DNA of 64,000 bases from Escherichia coli (GTDB taxonomy: Bacteria; Pseudomonadota; Gammaproteobacteria; Enterobacterales; Enterobacteriaceae): NCBI RefSeq assembly GCF_003334385.1, contig NZ_QOWN01000025.1, one strand, 5' to 3'. Under the pieces are notes generated by a model. It was not told the DNA's origin. It saw nothing but the letters and a program-made list of their open reading frames with translations, and did not search any database. Below are positions 63,754 to 64,000 of this stretch, one piece after another (position 1 is the first letter of the stretch; the number at the start of each line of letters is the position of its first letter). The position numbers and the translations under genes are program-made.

Positions 63754-63829
63754 TGGTGGGTCGTGCAGGATTCGAACCTGCGACCAATTGATTAAAAGTC
63801 AACTGCTCTACCAACTGAGCTAACGACCC
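63754..63829 (-). tRNA. lysV: tRNA-Lys (anticodon UUU)
   Basis: Reverse complement reads GGGTCGTTAGCTCAGTTGGTAGAGCAGTTGACTTTTAATCAATTGGTCGCAGGTTCGAATCCTGCACGACCCACCA. Confidence 0.95.
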
Positions 63830-63832
63830 GAG

Positions 63833-63908
63833 TGGTGGGTGATGACGGGATCGAACCGCCGACCCCCTCCTTGTAAGGGAGGTGCTCTCCCAGCTGAGCT
63901 AATCACCC
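63833..63908 (-). tRNA. valY: tRNA-Val (anticodon UAC)
   Basis: Reverse complement reads GGGTGATTAGCTCAGCTGGGAGAGCACCTCCCTTACAAGGAGGGGGTCGGCGGTTCGATCCCGTCATCACCCACCA; 3-nt spacer to lysV. Confidence 0.95.
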
Positions 63909-63954
63909 ACTTCGGTACTTCACATTTTTACAAGAAATTTAGCTGGCGAGAAAG

Positions 63955-64000
63955 TGGTGGGTGATGACGGGATCGAACCGCCGACCCCCTCCTTGTAAGG
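63955..64000 (-). tRNA. valX: tRNA-Val (UAC), 3' portion only (truncated by window end)
   Basis: Same 3' sequence as valY, 46-nt spacer, runs off the window. Confidence 0.85.

Overview
This window is contiguous Escherichia coli core chromosome (the ~55 min region of K-12, read in reverse orientation relative to MG1655). I did not find a novel defence or mobile system; the interesting signals are small structural anomalies relative to the K-12 arrangement. Gene order, identified by reading the six-frame translations against remembered E. coli proteins: tmcA' - ypfH - ypfN - dapE - yffB - ypfM - acrD - narQ - aegA - nudK - ypfG - tktB - talA - maeB - eutSPQTDMNEJGHABCLKR - hemF - amiA - ypeA - yfeZ - yfeY - yfeX - yfeW - murP - murQ - murR - ucpA - cysPUWAM - yfeS - yfeK - pdxK - crr - ptsI - ptsH - cysK - cysZ - zipA - ligA - ypeB - yfeH - yfeR' - xapB - xapR - lysV - valY - valX'. 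There are no IS elements, integrases or CRISPR arrays; the only repeats are REP/BIME elements. The anomalies worth a second look are: (1) eutB is split by a +1 frameshift in a G5 run; (2) eutA and eutB are adjacent, so the CPZ-55 prophage that separates them in K-12 is absent; (3) yfeR is cut after about 91 codons and runs straight into xapB, implying loss of the yfeR 3' part, yfeN and xapA; (4) a 60-bp unit containing the lysV 3' end plus terminator is duplicated around a 96-bp GC-rich structured insert; (5) an unannotated 52-codon hydrophobic ORF sits between xapB and xapR; (6) yfeS-yfeK form an AT-rich islet. All identifications are from memory and sequence inspection; no database search was run.
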